NCBI GenBank assembly: GCA_040388535.1 | Contig: JAZKBR010000002.1 | Location: 774,838-838,837 of the forward strand | Source of the DNA: Gemmatimonadota bacterium | GTDB lineage: Bacteria; Gemmatimonadota; Gemmatimonadetes; Gemmatimonadales; GWC2-71-9 | Length of the DNA stretch: 64,000 nucleotides | Direction of reading: 5' to 3' | The notes under the pieces: model-generated | The model's database searches: none | Seen by the model: the letters and a program-made list of their open reading frames with translations, nothing else | What the model was told of the DNA's origin: nothing | Position numbers and translations under genes: made by a program | Shown: piece after piece, positions 63,659 to 64,000 of the stretch | How positions within the stretch are numbered: position 1 is the first letter of the stretch | Layout: every line of letters begins with the position of its first letter

Positions 63659-64000
63659 CTTTGCCGGTCTCCTCATCCTCCGCGCCGGGCTCTGGCGTGG
63701 AGGCGGAGCGATAGGCACCCTCGAAGTTGATCTTGGCGCCGGCAAGCAGCTCTCGCAGCCCGCGGACCTTGACCTCATGTCCCCCCGTCCGCCGCATCAA
63801 CATCCCCATGAATCCGAAGTTGTCGGCGAGGGCGCCGAGGCCGAGTCCGGCGGCCTGGGCCTTCATCTCGTCGAGTTGTCGGCGGAGCGCCCGCATCTGG
63901 GTGTCGTCGGCGTGATGGGTCGACATCATCTCGATGATCTTGGTGGCCTTTTCGAGCCGCGCCGGAACGAGCTCGAGCCACTGGAGCTGCGCCTGTTGCC
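63648..64000 (-). CDS. Hypothetical protein, probably 5'-truncated by the window end
   Basis: ORF 63648..63929. The frame remains open upstream to nt 63998 (..QQAQLQWLELVPARLEKATKIIEMMSTHH..), so the true start may lie outside the window. No motif recognised. Confidence 0.4.
   Translation of the reverse strand, partial: QQAQLQWLELVPARLEKATKIIEMMSTHHADDTQMRALRRQLDEMKAQAAGLGLGALADNFGFMGMLMRRTGGHEVKVRGLRELLAGAKINFEGAYRSASTPEPGAEDEETGKVSP

Overview
This is a high-GC window (roughly two-thirds G+C by eye, not computed) of ordinary bacterial chromosome. The protein repertoire (many secreted M28/M14 peptidases, 6-bladed beta-propeller paralogs, Sdh1-type SDH) suggests a Gemmatimonadota-like soil bacterium, but that is inference only. 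I call about 57 protein-coding genes. I found no rRNA, tRNA, CRISPR array, IS element, integrase or prophage.

Gene content, left to right:
- a multidomain secreted DRGH endonuclease, open at the window start
- sdhCAB of the single-anchor type
- a two-component system, followed by a tightly coupled 6-gene sulfur-trafficking operon: 2 secreted tandem-rhodaneses, a split YeeE/YedE channel with one half fused to a Cys-less rhodanese domain, and a MOCOS-like PLP enzyme
- M28 peptidase, MBL hydrolase and creatininase-family genes
- an NfeD (His-rich) plus flotillin pair
- a ~13-kb, 13-gene same-strand train (36223 down to 23155) headed by a coiled-coil lipoprotein, a giant divergent SEDS-like protein and a divergent class-B-PBP-like protein, then MsrB, a REC-only regulator, an M14 carboxypeptidase, a VOC protein, a TPM/zinc-ribbon protein, a permuted papain-like enzyme, 2 FKBPs and an alpha/beta hydrolase
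- a TPP riboswitch plus thiC
- a hybrid histidine kinase, a DUF885 gene and hsp20
- an NPP-M28 fusion enzyme, beta-propeller paralogs and a GH29 fucosidase
- dps, an amidohydrolase, a NarL-type two-component system and potABCD
- a TolB-like/M28/FN3 peptidase

The features least explained by gene annotation are non-coding:
1. A family of low-GC 7-bp tandem arrays, (CTAGAGA)n, arranged as inverted arms that form long hairpins. One set brackets hsp20 and another lies upstream of the amidohydrolase gene.
2. A second heptamer family, (GGTGATG)n, at two convergent gene ends. One copy is combined with four copies of a 30-nt REP-like unit.
3. Two ~140-150-bp palindromic elements with conserved ~31-nt termini and unrelated cores, in mutually inverted orientation, flanking the DUF885 gene.
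4. A 50-nt run of seven G3-6 tracts just upstream of the thiC riboswitch.

Many long ORFs in the supplied track are antisense shadow ORFs typical of high-GC DNA, and I rejected them. Several real genes had to be trimmed to internal starts.
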